A DNA stretch of 64,000 nucleotides from Polyangiaceae bacterium (GCA_965222375.1 CBDCTZ010000013.1:32001-96000); one strand, 5' to 3'. Positions 9,266-19,517 are shown, counted from the first letter of the stretch. The notes: generated by a model not told the origin, from the sequence alone. Made by a program: numbers and translations.

Positions 9266-10419
9266 TGCCGCCCAAGCAGCGCAAGGGACCGAAGCCGCCG
9301 CGAGTCATCGGCAACCTCGACGATCCCGATGGTTTTGGCGTCTGGGTGCGGCGCTATTTGAATTGGCTGGCGGTGCGCAACTACTCACCGCGCACCGTGA
9401 CGAACGCGGAATCGAGCCTGTCGCTCTTCGTGGTGTGGTGCAGCGCACGGAGCCTGACCAGGCCGTCAGAGCTGACGAAGCCGATCCTGGAGCGCTACCA
9501 GCGGCATCTGTACCACCTGCGGCGGCCTGACGGTCGGCCGCAGCTGTCGTTTCGGTCGCAGCATGTGCGGCTAAGTGCAGTGCGGGGCTTCTTCCGCTGG
9601 CTGGTGAAACAGAACGCTCTGTCTGCCAACCCCGCCAGCGAGCTCGAGCTACCGCGATTGCCGATGCGTTTACCCCGGGACGTGCTGACCGTCTCGGAGG
9701 TCGAGCGCGTCATGGCGCAGCCGGACACGCGGACGGCAGTGGGCGTGCGTGACCGGGCCATCCTGGAGGTCCTGTACTCAACCGGAGTGCGTCGCAGCGA
9801 AGTGGTGAGCTTGCGGCTGAGCGACGTCGACGTGGAGCGCGGCACGATCATGGTGCGGGAGGGCAAGGGTCGAAAAGACCGGATGGTGCCGGTGGGCGAG
9901 CGAGCGCTGGCCTGGGCGGCGCGTTACGTGCGGGACGTGCGCCCCGAACTCATGATGCCGCCCGATCCCGGAGCGCTCTTTTTGACGACGCTGGGCGAGC
10001 AGATCACCCCGGACTGGCTGACGCAGGCCGTGCGCCGGTACGTGAAGGACGCGGACATTGGCAAGAGCGGGGCATGTCACATTTTTCGGCACACGATGGC
10101 GACGCTGATGCTCGAGGGGGGCGCCGACGTGCGTTACATCCAGGAAATGCTGGGCCACGTGCACCTGGACTCGACGCAGGTGTACACGCGAGTGAGCATC
10201 CGCAAACTCAAAGCGATCCACGAAGCGACGCATCCGGGAGCGAAGCTGGAGCGGCTCGCAAAGACGACGGGCGAGCGTGAGCAAGACGCGAAGCACTCGC
10301 TGGAGACGGCCATCGGCGAGTCGGGCGCATCACGGTCACCAAAGGCGCCGCTGACGGCGACGGCAGAGAAACGCTCCTCGCCCTTAGCCGCTGATTTGCG
10401 ACGCGAGGACAGCGAGTAG
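9265..10419 (+). CDS. XerC/D-like tyrosine recombinase
   Basis: STGVRRSE, GKGRKDR, HIFRH, LGH, TQVY catalytic motifs; TGATG coupling to primase. Confidence 0.93.
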   Translation: MPPKQRKGPKPPRVIGNLDDPDGFGVWVRRYLNWLAVRNYSPRTVTNAESSLSLFVVWCSARSLTRPSELTKPILERYQRHLYHLRRPDGRPQLSFRSQHVRLSAVRGFFRWLVKQNALSANPASELELPRLPMRLPRDVLTVSEVERVMAQPDTRTAVGVRDRAILEVLYSTGVRRSEVVSLRLSDVDVERGTIMVREGKGRKDRMVPVGERALAWAARYVRDVRPELMMPPDPGALFLTTLGEQITPDWLTQAVRRYVKDADIGKSGACHIFRHTMATLMLEGGADVRYIQEMLGHVHLDSTQVYTRVSIRKLKAIHEATHPGAKLERLAKTTGEREQDAKHSLETAIGESGASRSPKAPLTATAEKRSSPLAADLRREDSE

Positions 10420-10474
10420 CGGTCGGCGCTGGGACACAATTGCCGCTCCGCCCCCCGGCGCGAGTCGCTCGCTC

Positions 10475-10509
10475 GGCGGTGCGCATAATGCTGCATTATG
10501 CGCACCGCC
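10475..10509. other. Perfect 35-bp palindrome containing dif XerC-type arms (putative recombination site)
   Basis: GGCGGTGCGCATAATGC-T-GCATTATGCGCACCGCC; GGTGCGCATAA equals the XerC arm of E. coli dif. Confidence 0.7.
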
Positions 10510-10590
10510 CGGCGTCATGGGGCTTGCAACGCTGAGCTCGACGCGGCGGCTCGCTAGCAAGCCCCTCGCCGCCGGGTGCCCTCGCTCGCT

Positions 10591-10614
10591 AAACATAACA
10601 AGGGAATTATGTTT
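10591..10614. other. Second dif-like inverted repeat
   Basis: AAACATAA-CAAGGGAA-TTATGTTT; arm resembles XerD arm TTATGTTAAAT. Confidence 0.55.
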
Positions 10615-10838
10615 CCTCGCGCCGGGGGGCTGCGCTCCACAGTTGGCGGCGTGGTGCGAGTCACGATGTACGACGCCGGCGCATCGCGTGCACCGTCCCG
10701 GCGAACGCGGCGGCCCCGCCCCGCCGCGCTCGCCTCATGGCGTCGTGGAACGGACCCACCCGCCCCTCGCGGTGCGGTCCGGCCTGCGTGGGTCCCTCCC
10801 ACGCAGGCCTCAGTGCGTCCATTACCCCTCGCTGCGCG

Positions 10839-11681
10839 CTACTCGGCGAACAGCTCGTCGGTGGTCTTCACGGTGACGGCTTTGCGCGTCCAGGCTCGGA
10901 GTGTTTCGGCGTCATTGCATTCGAGGATGCGTTGCCGCTGCTCGTCGGAAACGGCCAGCTCGCGCGACTCGAGCACGTCGAGCAAGGCTTGAGCCCGCCC
11001 ATCGCTGAACGACCGCTTCAGTGACTTGTCCTGGTACTCGTGTGTTTGCGGGAGCATCTCGAAAGCCTTCCTGGCAGCTTCGCTGAGCGCCGAGATAATG
11101 AGATCATAGTACACCGCGAAGCGTTGTGCACCGAGCTGAGAACTCGCTCGTGCTGCAATGTCAGCCAAGCGCACCGCGTCGTCGATAGCTGTGTGGCCGT
11201 GGGCAATGGCGCTGAGGACAGCGAGCTCGGGTGCCCGCTTGGCCTGGTCCAGGTCGTCGACCAATGGGACGCCCTCCGGACCGATGACGAAGGGCAACAG
11301 GCTGGCCCGCTCACCCAGCCGAATGGGTCGAGCCGCCCAGGTGGCCACCTTGGCGTCCGGAGCGACCACGAGCAACTCAACGGGACAGCGAATGCGAGCA
11401 CGCAGATTGGCCACGTAGACCGGCCATGTGAACGGCTTGTCGTCGTCGGGGGCGAGCTGGACCTCGACGACGATCCCCATCACGGCAATGCCGTCGACGA
11501 GCAGCACGACCAAGTCCGCGTAGCGAGCCGCGGGAGCCACATCGGTCAGCTCAGCGCTCTCGAGGCGTGCTTCGGTGTACGCCGGCAACTCGACGCCGAG
11601 AGCATCACGCAAAAGCTCTGCAGCCAACTCTGGACGATTGCGGAACAACAAGAGCAGGGCCTCGTGCAGGAACGACGGCAT
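10839..11681 (-). CDS. Rpn/Transposase_31-like PD-(D/E)XK protein
   Basis: HEALLLLFRNRP, ADLVV...VVEVQL..D..K..TWPVY; C-terminal RILECNDAETLRAW..KAVT...ELF. Confidence 0.65.
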   Translation of the reverse strand: MPSFLHEALLLLFRNRPELAAELLRDALGVELPAYTEARLESAELTDVAPAARYADLVVLLVDGIAVMGIVVEVQLAPDDDKPFTWPVYVANLRARIRCPVELLVVAPDAKVATWAARPIRLGERASLLPFVIGPEGVPLVDDLDQAKRAPELAVLSAIAHGHTAIDDAVRLADIAARASSQLGAQRFAVYYDLIISALSEAARKAFEMLPQTHEYQDKSLKRSFSDGRAQALLDVLESRELAVSDEQRQRILECNDAETLRAWTRKAVTVKTTDELFAE

Positions 11682-11905
11682 GCCCCGAACCTAGACCCTT
11701 CTCTTTTTAGCCGCCAGAAATCACGCCTCGAAACGCATGTGCGCATGCAGTCTCGCGTCGACCAAAAAGCGCGTGTAGCCTCAAACACGCGTCAGGGGAT
11801 TTTCGCTGCCACGCGGCTCCCCGCATCAGGTCGTTGAGTTTCTAAGTAGCGATACGCGCCCGAGAAATCGAGGCTGCGCGTACGACGTTTGCGTCCGACT
11901 CATGT

Positions 11906-12874
11906 TTCACGGGGAAGGAGAGCGATGTCGAGGTTGGGCTGACGTACTTCGGGAAGCGGTTTCTCAGTACGCATCTGAATCGGTGGGTGTCGCCTGATCC
12001 TCTTGAGGTGCACGTTGGGGGCAGTGGCGACCTGAACGTCTATGCGTATGTCTCCGGACGGACGCTGAAGAATGTGGATCCACTTGGACTGCAGTCCAAC
12101 GAAGGGGGAACTGGTCAGGGCAACGCTGCGCCCGAGGATCTGAACAAGGGTACTCCGACCCGTGCCAAACCTCCTCGGCCTGCGCCAGCAGGACCTGACA
12201 CTGGGTCACGTGGTGCTGGCGGTGGCGGTGCGGGCACGTATCAGCAGCCGGTGAACGCGAGCATGCCGGAGGCAGACCTGCGACCTGGTGCAGGAGGGGT
12301 CTCGAGCACGTTGTACGGTGGCACACGAGGAGCGGGTGGAACATCGCATGGTGGACCGGCCATTCCGAAGGCCAGTCAGATGCCAACGGCGACAGACGTT
12401 GCACTGATGACTCCGTATGGCCCGAACCTCGTCGTGGCCGGTGCCGCGCGAGGCGTGGTTGCGGCGAGCCGTTTGGGAGCACGAGCGTTCAAGGCGGCGA
12501 ACGAGGCGAAGCTCATGGAGCGAATCGCCGTTGCCGAGCGACGCATTATGCAACAGCTTCGAGAGTTGCATGCGGACGAACGTGGCTCGTTGGGTCGCGG
12601 GGGAAGACAGCAGCGTTTACGGGAGCTCGCAAATGATCCGAATGTGTCGAAGGCAGACCGCGGTTGGATAAGACAGGAACTTAACCAGATCGAGCGAGGC
12701 AGACGCATCAACATTCGCAACCCACCCGGCAAGGATTTGGCGCACAGTCGTGGCAGAGAAGCGGCGAAAGGCTTCGACCATGTGCAGTCGCCATCGAATC
12801 TCCAGGATAGAGTCTTGCATCGAACCCAGCACAAATTCGACAATTTCGGAAAGAAAAATAAGCTGCGACGATAG
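11906..12874 (+). pseudogene. Orphan Rhs C-terminal cassette with Ntox8 (bacterial toxin 8)-like nuclease
   Basis: Begins abruptly at FTGKE; in-frame TAA at 11843 and no start codon before the core; DPLGL; GRQQRLREL..DP..SKADRGWI..PPGKDLAH..LHRTQHKFD. Confidence 0.8.
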
Positions 12875-12891
12875 TGTGAGAGGCGAGGGCA

Positions 12892-13275
12892 ATGATTGTC
12901 AGCGACAAAGAACGGGAATCCGTGACTGCGCTTGCCGGCGACAAGCGCTACCGCTACTTCATCAAGCGTGTTGTCGATACCGGAGTAGTTTGGGGCTTGT
13001 GGCAGAATGGTTGGGCGCTGGCGACAACAGAGAGTGGCGAACAGGTGTTTCCACTCTGGCCCGCCAAGGAATTTGCCAGTGCTTGCGCAATGGGTGACTG
13101 GTCATCGTACGCACCGGAAGAGATAGACCTGGAATCACTTATTGATGATTTGGCTCAAAGACTTGCAGACAGTGGGGTCTTGGCGGGGGTGTTTCCAACT
13201 CCGAGCGAGCAGGGCGTGACGCCCGAACTCGACGGATTGGTGGCTGACCTACGGGCGGAGATGGGGAGATACTAA
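12892..13275 (+). CDS. DUF2750-like protein, probable immunity for the orphan toxin
   Basis: RYRYFIKRVVD..VWGL..GWA..FPLWP..EFA..C..DW; directly follows toxin with GAGGG RBS. Confidence 0.75.
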   Translation: MIVSDKERESVTALAGDKRYRYFIKRVVDTGVVWGLWQNGWALATTESGEQVFPLWPAKEFASACAMGDWSSYAPEEIDLESLIDDLAQRLADSGVLAGVFPTPSEQGVTPELDGLVADLRAEMGRY

Positions 13276-13533
13276 TTTGTTGAAGACGAAGCCGTCCTCC
13301 CACGGCTAGGTGGCTACAACTGGTGTGTTGCGTCAGCGAGTTGTTCACCCAGAAAACCGCGCAATTGTGAGCACAACGTGACTGGAATTTCGGACTCTGA
13401 TCGCGCTCCACGCTGCAGCAGGCATTCGTGGAAGGAAGCGTTCGAGCGTGGCAGTACGCGTCCAGAGGTAAGATCCCAAATCGCAAACGCACGAGTGCCT
13501 CGATGCATGGCGAAACAAAACGCATTGCGCGAT

Positions 13534-14253
13534 TCAAGCGGCGTCGCGGAGCGAGACGATAGGCAAGTGGTTGCGGCCTTGGACGCGCCCGGTCACGAGC
13601 TGCAAGCCCGCAACGCGCTTGGCGGGGTCGCCTCGCGGGAGCGGAACGCTCGCGCGAGGCTCCCAGCGAGGCAGGTCGCGAGCCGGCGTGCGCCCATCAC
13701 GACGCTCCGCAGGGGTGGCGCCACCGAGAGCCATGTGCGGCCGATGCTCGTGATACCACTCGACGTAAGCAGCGATCTCGGCGTGCATCCTCGGCAAGGA
13801 GAGCATCAAGACCGGAAGGCGCCAGAGCATCTCGTCTTTGAGAGAGCGAAAGAAGCGCTCGATGATGGCGATGCTGCCGCTCTTGCCGATGGCGCCGAAG
13901 CGCGGCTTGACACCACGGCGCTTGCACCAGGCCTTGTACTTCCTGCCAAACTGCGGTCCCCGATCGGTCACGATGTGTTTGGGCGCGACGCCGGCATTGC
14001 GGCGAGCCTTTTCGAGCAAGGAGCACACTTGCTTGGCGGAGGGTTGAGACAAGTACAATCGCCAAGCGACGACGGAGCGAGAAAAGTGATCGAGCACGAC
14101 GCCGATCCAGAAACAAAAGGGCCAGGCTTGTTTCAGCGAATGCGGGACCCAGGAAACCCACCAGCCCGCGACTCTGGGAAGCAGCGAGAGATCGACATGC
14201 CAAAGGTGATGGGGGTAGCGAGCAGTCACAACGCGAGGCGTGGTCGCGTCGGT
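13534..14253 (-). pseudogene. Integrase-core (rve/DDE) transposase, 5'-truncated by IS21
   Basis: HLWHVD..VVLDHFSR..IVTDRGPQF..IERFFRSLKDE..WYHEHRPHMALGGATP. Confidence 0.75.
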
Positions 14254-14407
14254 TGTCACGGCTCGGCCTATGAGATCAGGCCTGGCTCGGCCAAGCGAAC
14301 CCACCTGAGTTCGGCCAAACAAACCGCGCCTGGCTCGGCCAAACAAACCGCGGCGGGGGCCGAGAGGCACTGGACAAATGTAGAGCATGGCGATGGTCTG
14401 GCTGCCA

Positions 14408-16002
14408 TGACGGCACAGAGGACGGACATGCACAGACTTGAGGAATTGGTGCGGCTTCACCGCCAGGGCGTGGGCAACCGCAAGGTGGCCCGGCTGTTGA
14501 AGATGGGCCCTGCCACTGAGCGGAAGTACCGCAGGGCATTGATGGAGGCGGGCCTGCTCGGTGGGGCAGTGGACGACATCCCGTCGCTCGATGTGTTGCG
14601 TGCGGCGGTGATGGCGCACGCGCCGCCGAAGCCGGCACCGCAACAAGAGTCGTCACTCGAACGGTGGCACGCCCAAGTCGAAGCGAAGCTGGACGACGGC
14701 TTGGGCGCCACGGCGATCTTCGATCGTCTCCGCACGGAGGAGACCGATTTCCGCGGCAGCCTTTCGGCGGTGAAGCGTCTAGTGGCGAGCATCCTCCGCG
14801 AGCGCGGGCCGACTCCGAACGATGTCGCGATCCCCGTCGACACGGACCCCGGAGAAGTGGCGCAAGTGGACTTTGGCTACGCCGGGTATCGCATCGATCC
14901 CGTCACGCGGAAGCTTCGCAAGAGCTGGGTCTTCGTGATGGTACTGGGCTACAGCCGCCACCAGTACAGCGAAGTGGTATTCGACCAGCGCACGGAGACG
15001 TGGATTGCTCTGCATGAGCGTGCATTTCGAGCGCTCGGCGGCGTAGTGCGAGTGGTAGTGCCTGACAACCTCAAAGCGGCCGTGATTCGCGCCGCCTTTG
15101 GCATCAACGACATGACGAGCGAGCTCAATCGCAGCTACCGGGAGCTGGCACGACACTACGGTTTCATCATCGATCCGACGCCACCGCGCGCGCCCAAGAA
15201 GAAGGGCAGGGTGGAGGCCGGGGTGAAGTACGTCAAGAACAACGCGCTGAAGGGGCGCGATGGCGAAGAGCTCGACGTCACCAATCGCTACCTGGTGACC
15301 TGGGTGCGAGAAGTCGCGGGCAAACGCATACACGGGACCACGGGCAAGCGCCCGCTCGAGGTCTTCGAGACCGAGGAACGCCCAGCGCTGATGCCGCTGC
15401 CCGTCACGCCCTACGAGCCAGTAATTTGGAAACAGGCGACCGTGCATCGAGACAGCCACGTGGTGTTTGCGAAGCGGATGTACTCGGTCCCGTGGCAGAA
15501 CATCGGCCGGCGAGTTTGGCTACGGGTCACAGCGACATCGGTGGCGGTGTACTTCGACGACCAGCGCATTGCGACCCATCCGCGCCGAGGCAAGGGCCTG
15601 CGCAGCACGCTGGAGTCCCACCTGCCCGCAGAGCGCGCCGCATTGCGACACCGCAGCCGCGAGTACTGGGAGCAACGCGGCGACCGACTTGGCGAAGATG
15701 TCGGCCGCCTCGTGCGTGAAGTCTTCGATTCTGACGACGCCTTGTCTCAGCTGCGCCAGGTGCAGGCAATCGTGACCCATCTCGAACGATTCCCCGTCGA
15801 GCGCGCCCGGGCAGCGTGTCGCCGAGCGAGCTTCTACGGAAGCACGCGCTACCAGACGATCAAGAACATCCTGACCCAGGCGCTCGACCTCCAGCCGATG
15901 CCTACGACGCGTCCGGCAGCAGCGGTCTGGGCGGATGGTCCACCGCGTTTCGCACGGACCCACGAGCGGGCCAAAGAGGAGGGCAGCGATGAGCGTCATT
16001 GA
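14408..16002 (+). CDS. istA: IS21 transposase IstA (start approximate)
   Basis: PGEVAQVDFG, VPDNLKAAV, KGRVEAGVKY, HGTTG..P. Confidence 0.88.
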
Positions 16003-16755
16003 CGAACTCGTGCCGCTACTGAAGAAGCTGAAACTCAGCGGCGTGTTGCACTCACTGGAGCTGCGTCTCAGCGAGGCGGTCGAAGACAACTTGGCTTTCG
16101 AGGAGTTTCTGTTTCGACTCTTCAAAGACGAGATCGAACGGCGCGAGTGCAAACAACTGCAGCAGCGGCTGCGCCGGGCGAACTTCGAGCATCGCAAGAC
16201 GCTCGAGGACTTCGACTTCCACTTCAACCCTGACATTCCGAAGTCGAAAGTCTTGGACCTTGCGACCTGCAGTTTCGTCGAGCGCCACCGCAACGTGCTG
16301 CTTCTGGGGCAGACCGGCGTGGGCAAGAGCCACATCGCGCAGGCCATTGGTCACAGAGCCTGCCAGGCTGGACACGGGGTGCTCTACATCGAAGCTCATG
16401 ATCTCTTCAAAGAACTACGTGCAGCTAGGGCAGACGACAGCCATGGGCGCAAGATGGCTCGCTTGACCATGGTGCAGCTGCTGATCATCGACGACCTGGG
16501 TCTACGCCCCCTCGTCGACGAGGGCCCATGGACCTCTACGACCTGATCCGCCTGCGCTACGAACGCGCCGCAACCGTGATCACCTCGAATCGGGACACGG
16601 ACGAGCTCGCCAGGCGCTTCCCGGACGAGCTCCTGGCCAGCGCGGCCATGGACCGCTTGCTACACGACGCACACGTCCTACGTCTGACCGGCGACACCTA
16701 TCGAAACCCGCGCAAGAAGAAACCCAAGAACCAGAAGACGGAGGCAACGACATGA
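15989..16755 (+). CDS. istB: IS21 helper ATPase IstB, frameshifted near 16525
   Basis: KTLEDFDF, GQTGVGKSH, LLIIDDLG; continues in another frame as DLYDLIRLRYER..ITSNR..DRLLH. Confidence 0.82.
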
Positions 16756-16968
16756 ACACCACCAAACGGAATCGCGATCCGTTTGGCCGAGCCAACTTCG
16801 CCAGGGCGTACCTGCTTCAGGCGGTCGCGTTGACACTCGCGATCACCGGATCAGCTTGGCCGAGCTGGGCGCGATCAGGTAGGGCGAGCGTTGACACCCC
16901 CCGCGACAGTTTGAACATACAAGACCTCGAATCCGCCCCGGAGTGCCGGTCAGCCCCCGGGGTGCCGG

Positions 16969-18492
16969 TCAGCCCCCTGCCCCCTGCGACCACCGCGAAT
17001 CCGCCGCTAGCCGCCTCACCATGCACCCGAAGATGACGCCGCAGGGCGAAGCGGTGGCCGCCTCGGACGGCTTGCTCTTCGTCAGCGCTTCGAGGGCGCG
17101 CCGCTTTTCGGCGCTGAGCTTCAGCGTACGGGAGAGCTTCCTCAGGAGCTGCCGCGCTTCTTGCTCGCGGCCGAGGGCGAGTTCGAGGCCGAGCGCTCGC
17201 TCGCCCGCGGCGTGGCTTGCCGTGCCGCCTAGGGTGAAGACCTTGGTGTAGGCCCGAGCTGATTGGTCGTAGATTGCCAGCCTGAAGTAGCCATCGCCGA
17301 GCAGTAGCTGGGTCTCTTCTGCGAAGGGCTCGATGCCGGTCAGGCCGTGGGCCCCGCGGTCGAGCATGCGCGCCGTGGCGATGGCCTTGCTGAGCTTGCC
17401 TTCGGAACGAAGGGCCTGGGCGGCATCGAGCAATCCGCGCGCGACAAAGTCGCAGGCCGCCTTGGGCCCGGCGCATGGGGTCATTTCCCGGAACGCGGTG
17501 AAGACCGCGCCGGCTGCGCCAACTCGGGCATCGCCCTTTGCGCTGCCTAGCGCTGCCACGGCGGCACAGAACTTCTGGCTCTCTTTGGCCTTCTCGGCCT
17601 TGGCGGAGCAGCGCACGGGCTTCGGGGGCGCATTTGCGATCGGGCCAGTGCCGAAACGCAGCCCAACCCTGGGCGCCGCGACGTAGTGCAGCTTCTCAGA
17701 GCGCTCGGCGCCGCCGAGGGAGCGCAGAATGCCGGCGTCGTCGGGGCTCGAGGCACGGGCTGCGAGGTAGTGCTTCTTCGCGGCATCAAAATCGCCGACC
17801 ACGCGACCTGCGTCACCGAGCCCGTGGTGGGCGACCGCCAGCTTTGGGTCCATGTCCAGTGCGGCGCGGAACGCGCCGCGCGCGGCTGCGGCGTCACCTC
17901 GCTCGAGGGCCAGCTGGCCCGCCAGGGCATGGTGGGCCGCACCGATCACGCCGCCGGCCGCTACGCCCGTGGCCGCTCGACTCTCGAGCAGCTCGAGCAT
18001 CAGAGCGCGCTGTCCCAAGTTCTGGGGCGGACGCTGCTGAAACATGCGCATCAGACTCAAGCTCAGCACGAGCTGTGCCGCCGGGTTGTCGGGAGCGACC
18101 GCGACTGCGCGCATGGCGTTGCGCCGCCCTCGCGACGCGTCGTCTCCGCCATCGCGATGCTTGGTCGCCTCGTCACGCGCCAGAAGCACCCGTGCCAGCT
18201 CGATGATGATGCCGACGTCGGCATATCTGGAATCAACCATGGCCTTCTGCAGGCGCTCGACCTCGTCGCTCAGGGCATTGCGTGCCTGGACGGACACGAC
18301 TTCATCACAGGCCGTTCGGGCGTTGTCACCGGCGCAGGCTTCCATCGGAGTCCGCTCTTCGGTTTCCAACACGGTTGCCGAAGGCGGCGGGAGCTGCACG
18401 GCGGCTGAGGGGTTGTTGGCTGGCCGGTCGGTCGGCCCGCAGCCGAGCAGTGCGCAACTCACGAGCGGCCAGAGCTGACGGGCACGTGCCAT
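16969..18492 (-). CDS. TPR-repeat lipoprotein
   Basis: Lipobox ALLGC; TPR-like AHHGLGDA...A...Y..A helices. Confidence 0.65.
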   Translation of the reverse strand: MARARQLWPLVSCALLGCGPTDRPANNPSAAVQLPPPSATVLETEERTPMEACAGDNARTACDEVVSVQARNALSDEVERLQKAMVDSRYADVGIIIELARVLLARDEATKHRDGGDDASRGRRNAMRAVAVAPDNPAAQLVLSLSLMRMFQQRPPQNLGQRALMLELLESRAATGVAAGGVIGAAHHALAGQLALERGDAAAARGAFRAALDMDPKLAVAHHGLGDAGRVVGDFDAAKKHYLAARASSPDDAGILRSLGGAERSEKLHYVAAPRVGLRFGTGPIANAPPKPVRCSAKAEKAKESQKFCAAVAALGSAKGDARVGAAGAVFTAFREMTPCAGPKAACDFVARGLLDAAQALRSEGKLSKAIATARMLDRGAHGLTGIEPFAEETQLLLGDGYFRLAIYDQSARAYTKVFTLGGTASHAAGERALGLELALGREQEARQLLRKLSRTLKLSAEKRRALEALTKSKPSEAATASPCGVIFGCMVRRLAADSRWSQGAGG

Positions 18493-18636
18493 CGGGCCAT
18501 CCTAGCAGAACCAGGCGCCCCATTTTTCGGCGCTAGACGCTTCTGACGCGGCTAGTGGGCGCGCTCCGCAGCCGCCCACCCCGACGCGGCCGGCTCAGGG
18601 TAAACTAGAAGCGATGTTGGAGGCGAGCGCTCACAA

Positions 18637-19386
18637 GTGACCAAGATAGCGGCTATCGACGACGAAGTGACCATGCTGCGCACCCTGCGCCGCGGGCTGC
18701 CCGTGCACGGAGTGTCGGTGGTTTGCTTCATCTCGGTCACCAGCGCCCTCGAGGCTCGCAACGTGCTCGAAGCGCAGGACGCGATTCTGCTCGACTACCA
18801 TCTCCTGGATGGCGACGGACTGAGCCTGGTGCGCGCACTCAGGCGCAGCAGCATCGACGTGCCCATCGTGATCTTTTCGGGCCGCGCCAGCGAACGGGAG
18901 CGCATCGCCGCCCTCGACCTCGATGTGGCCGACGTCGTTCAGAAGCCCTGCGGCATGGCTGAGCTGGCAGCGCGCGTGCGCAAGGCAACCCGCCGGCGCA
19001 CCAGCGCGTCGGTCACACCCCGGGACCGGTCGCTTCGCTTCGACCGCATGCGGCGAGAGTTGACCGATGGCAAGAACGTCGTGGAGCTGTCGGAACCGTC
19101 CGCAACGCTGTTCATGCTGTTCGCTCAGAGCCGCGGCCGCTTCATCGACCGCGCCGACGCGAGCGCGGCGCTCTGGGATGACGCCCGGGACGAATCCAAG
19201 GCCGCGGAGGTCAATGCCCGGCTAGATGAAGCACTGACCCGCCTGCGCACGGAGCTCGGGCCCTGGCGCCACCTGGTGGAGGTCCGGGACAAATGCGTTC
19301 GGGTTCAGATTTCCGTACGGCTCGGAGGCGTGGCACAAAGCGGCGCGCACCCGAGGACTAATCTGGAACGCCGGGACGCCCGCTGA
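18637..19386 (+). CDS. Response regulator (receiver + OmpR-like output)
   Basis: IDDE, ILLDYHL, KP motifs. Confidence 0.75.
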   Translation: MTKIAAIDDEVTMLRTLRRGLPVHGVSVVCFISVTSALEARNVLEAQDAILLDYHLLDGDGLSLVRALRRSSIDVPIVIFSGRASERERIAALDLDVADVVQKPCGMAELAARVRKATRRRTSASVTPRDRSLRFDRMRRELTDGKNVVELSEPSATLFMLFAQSRGRFIDRADASAALWDDARDESKAAEVNARLDEALTRLRTELGPWRHLVEVRDKCVRVQISVRLGGVAQSGAHPRTNLERRDAR

Positions 19387-19517
19387 GCGGGCGCCAGCGC
19401 GAGACCACGGCCACCCACGACGCCTCAGCGCGACCGCTAAGCGGGGCTAGCGCGAGATTAGGGCACCAGCGACGCCCCATTGCTCGACCCCAAACCCCCA
19501 ACACTGTCCAGGCAGCC

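Larger units (their letters stand above)
14254..16896 (+). mobile_element. IS21-family insertion sequence
   Basis: Terminal TGTCA...TGACA inverted repeats (18/24 match); internal GCTCGGCC(AA) repeats at both ends; istA+istB. Confidence 0.85.

Noticed and set aside
9265..10419. Chromosomal xerC and the true dif site
   Set aside because: The gene is coupled to a mobile primase, and the site is symmetric with a 7-bp spacer, unlike canonical dif.
6137..10419. Prophage or ICE
   Set aside because: No structural, packaging, relaxase or T4SS genes are visible.
13276..13380. Integron attC site after DUF2750
   Set aside because: AAC-ending motifs exist but there is no convincing paired R box or integron integrase; TGTGTTGCGTCA at 13324 may instead be an IS end.
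13378..14407. Long N-terminal extension of IstA in the ORF track
   Set aside because: It is the antisense of the rve pseudogene plus the IS21 left end read through without a stop.
16942..16978. GTGCCGGTCAGCCCC tandem duplication
   Set aside because: Two short copies at a gene end with no functional evidence.
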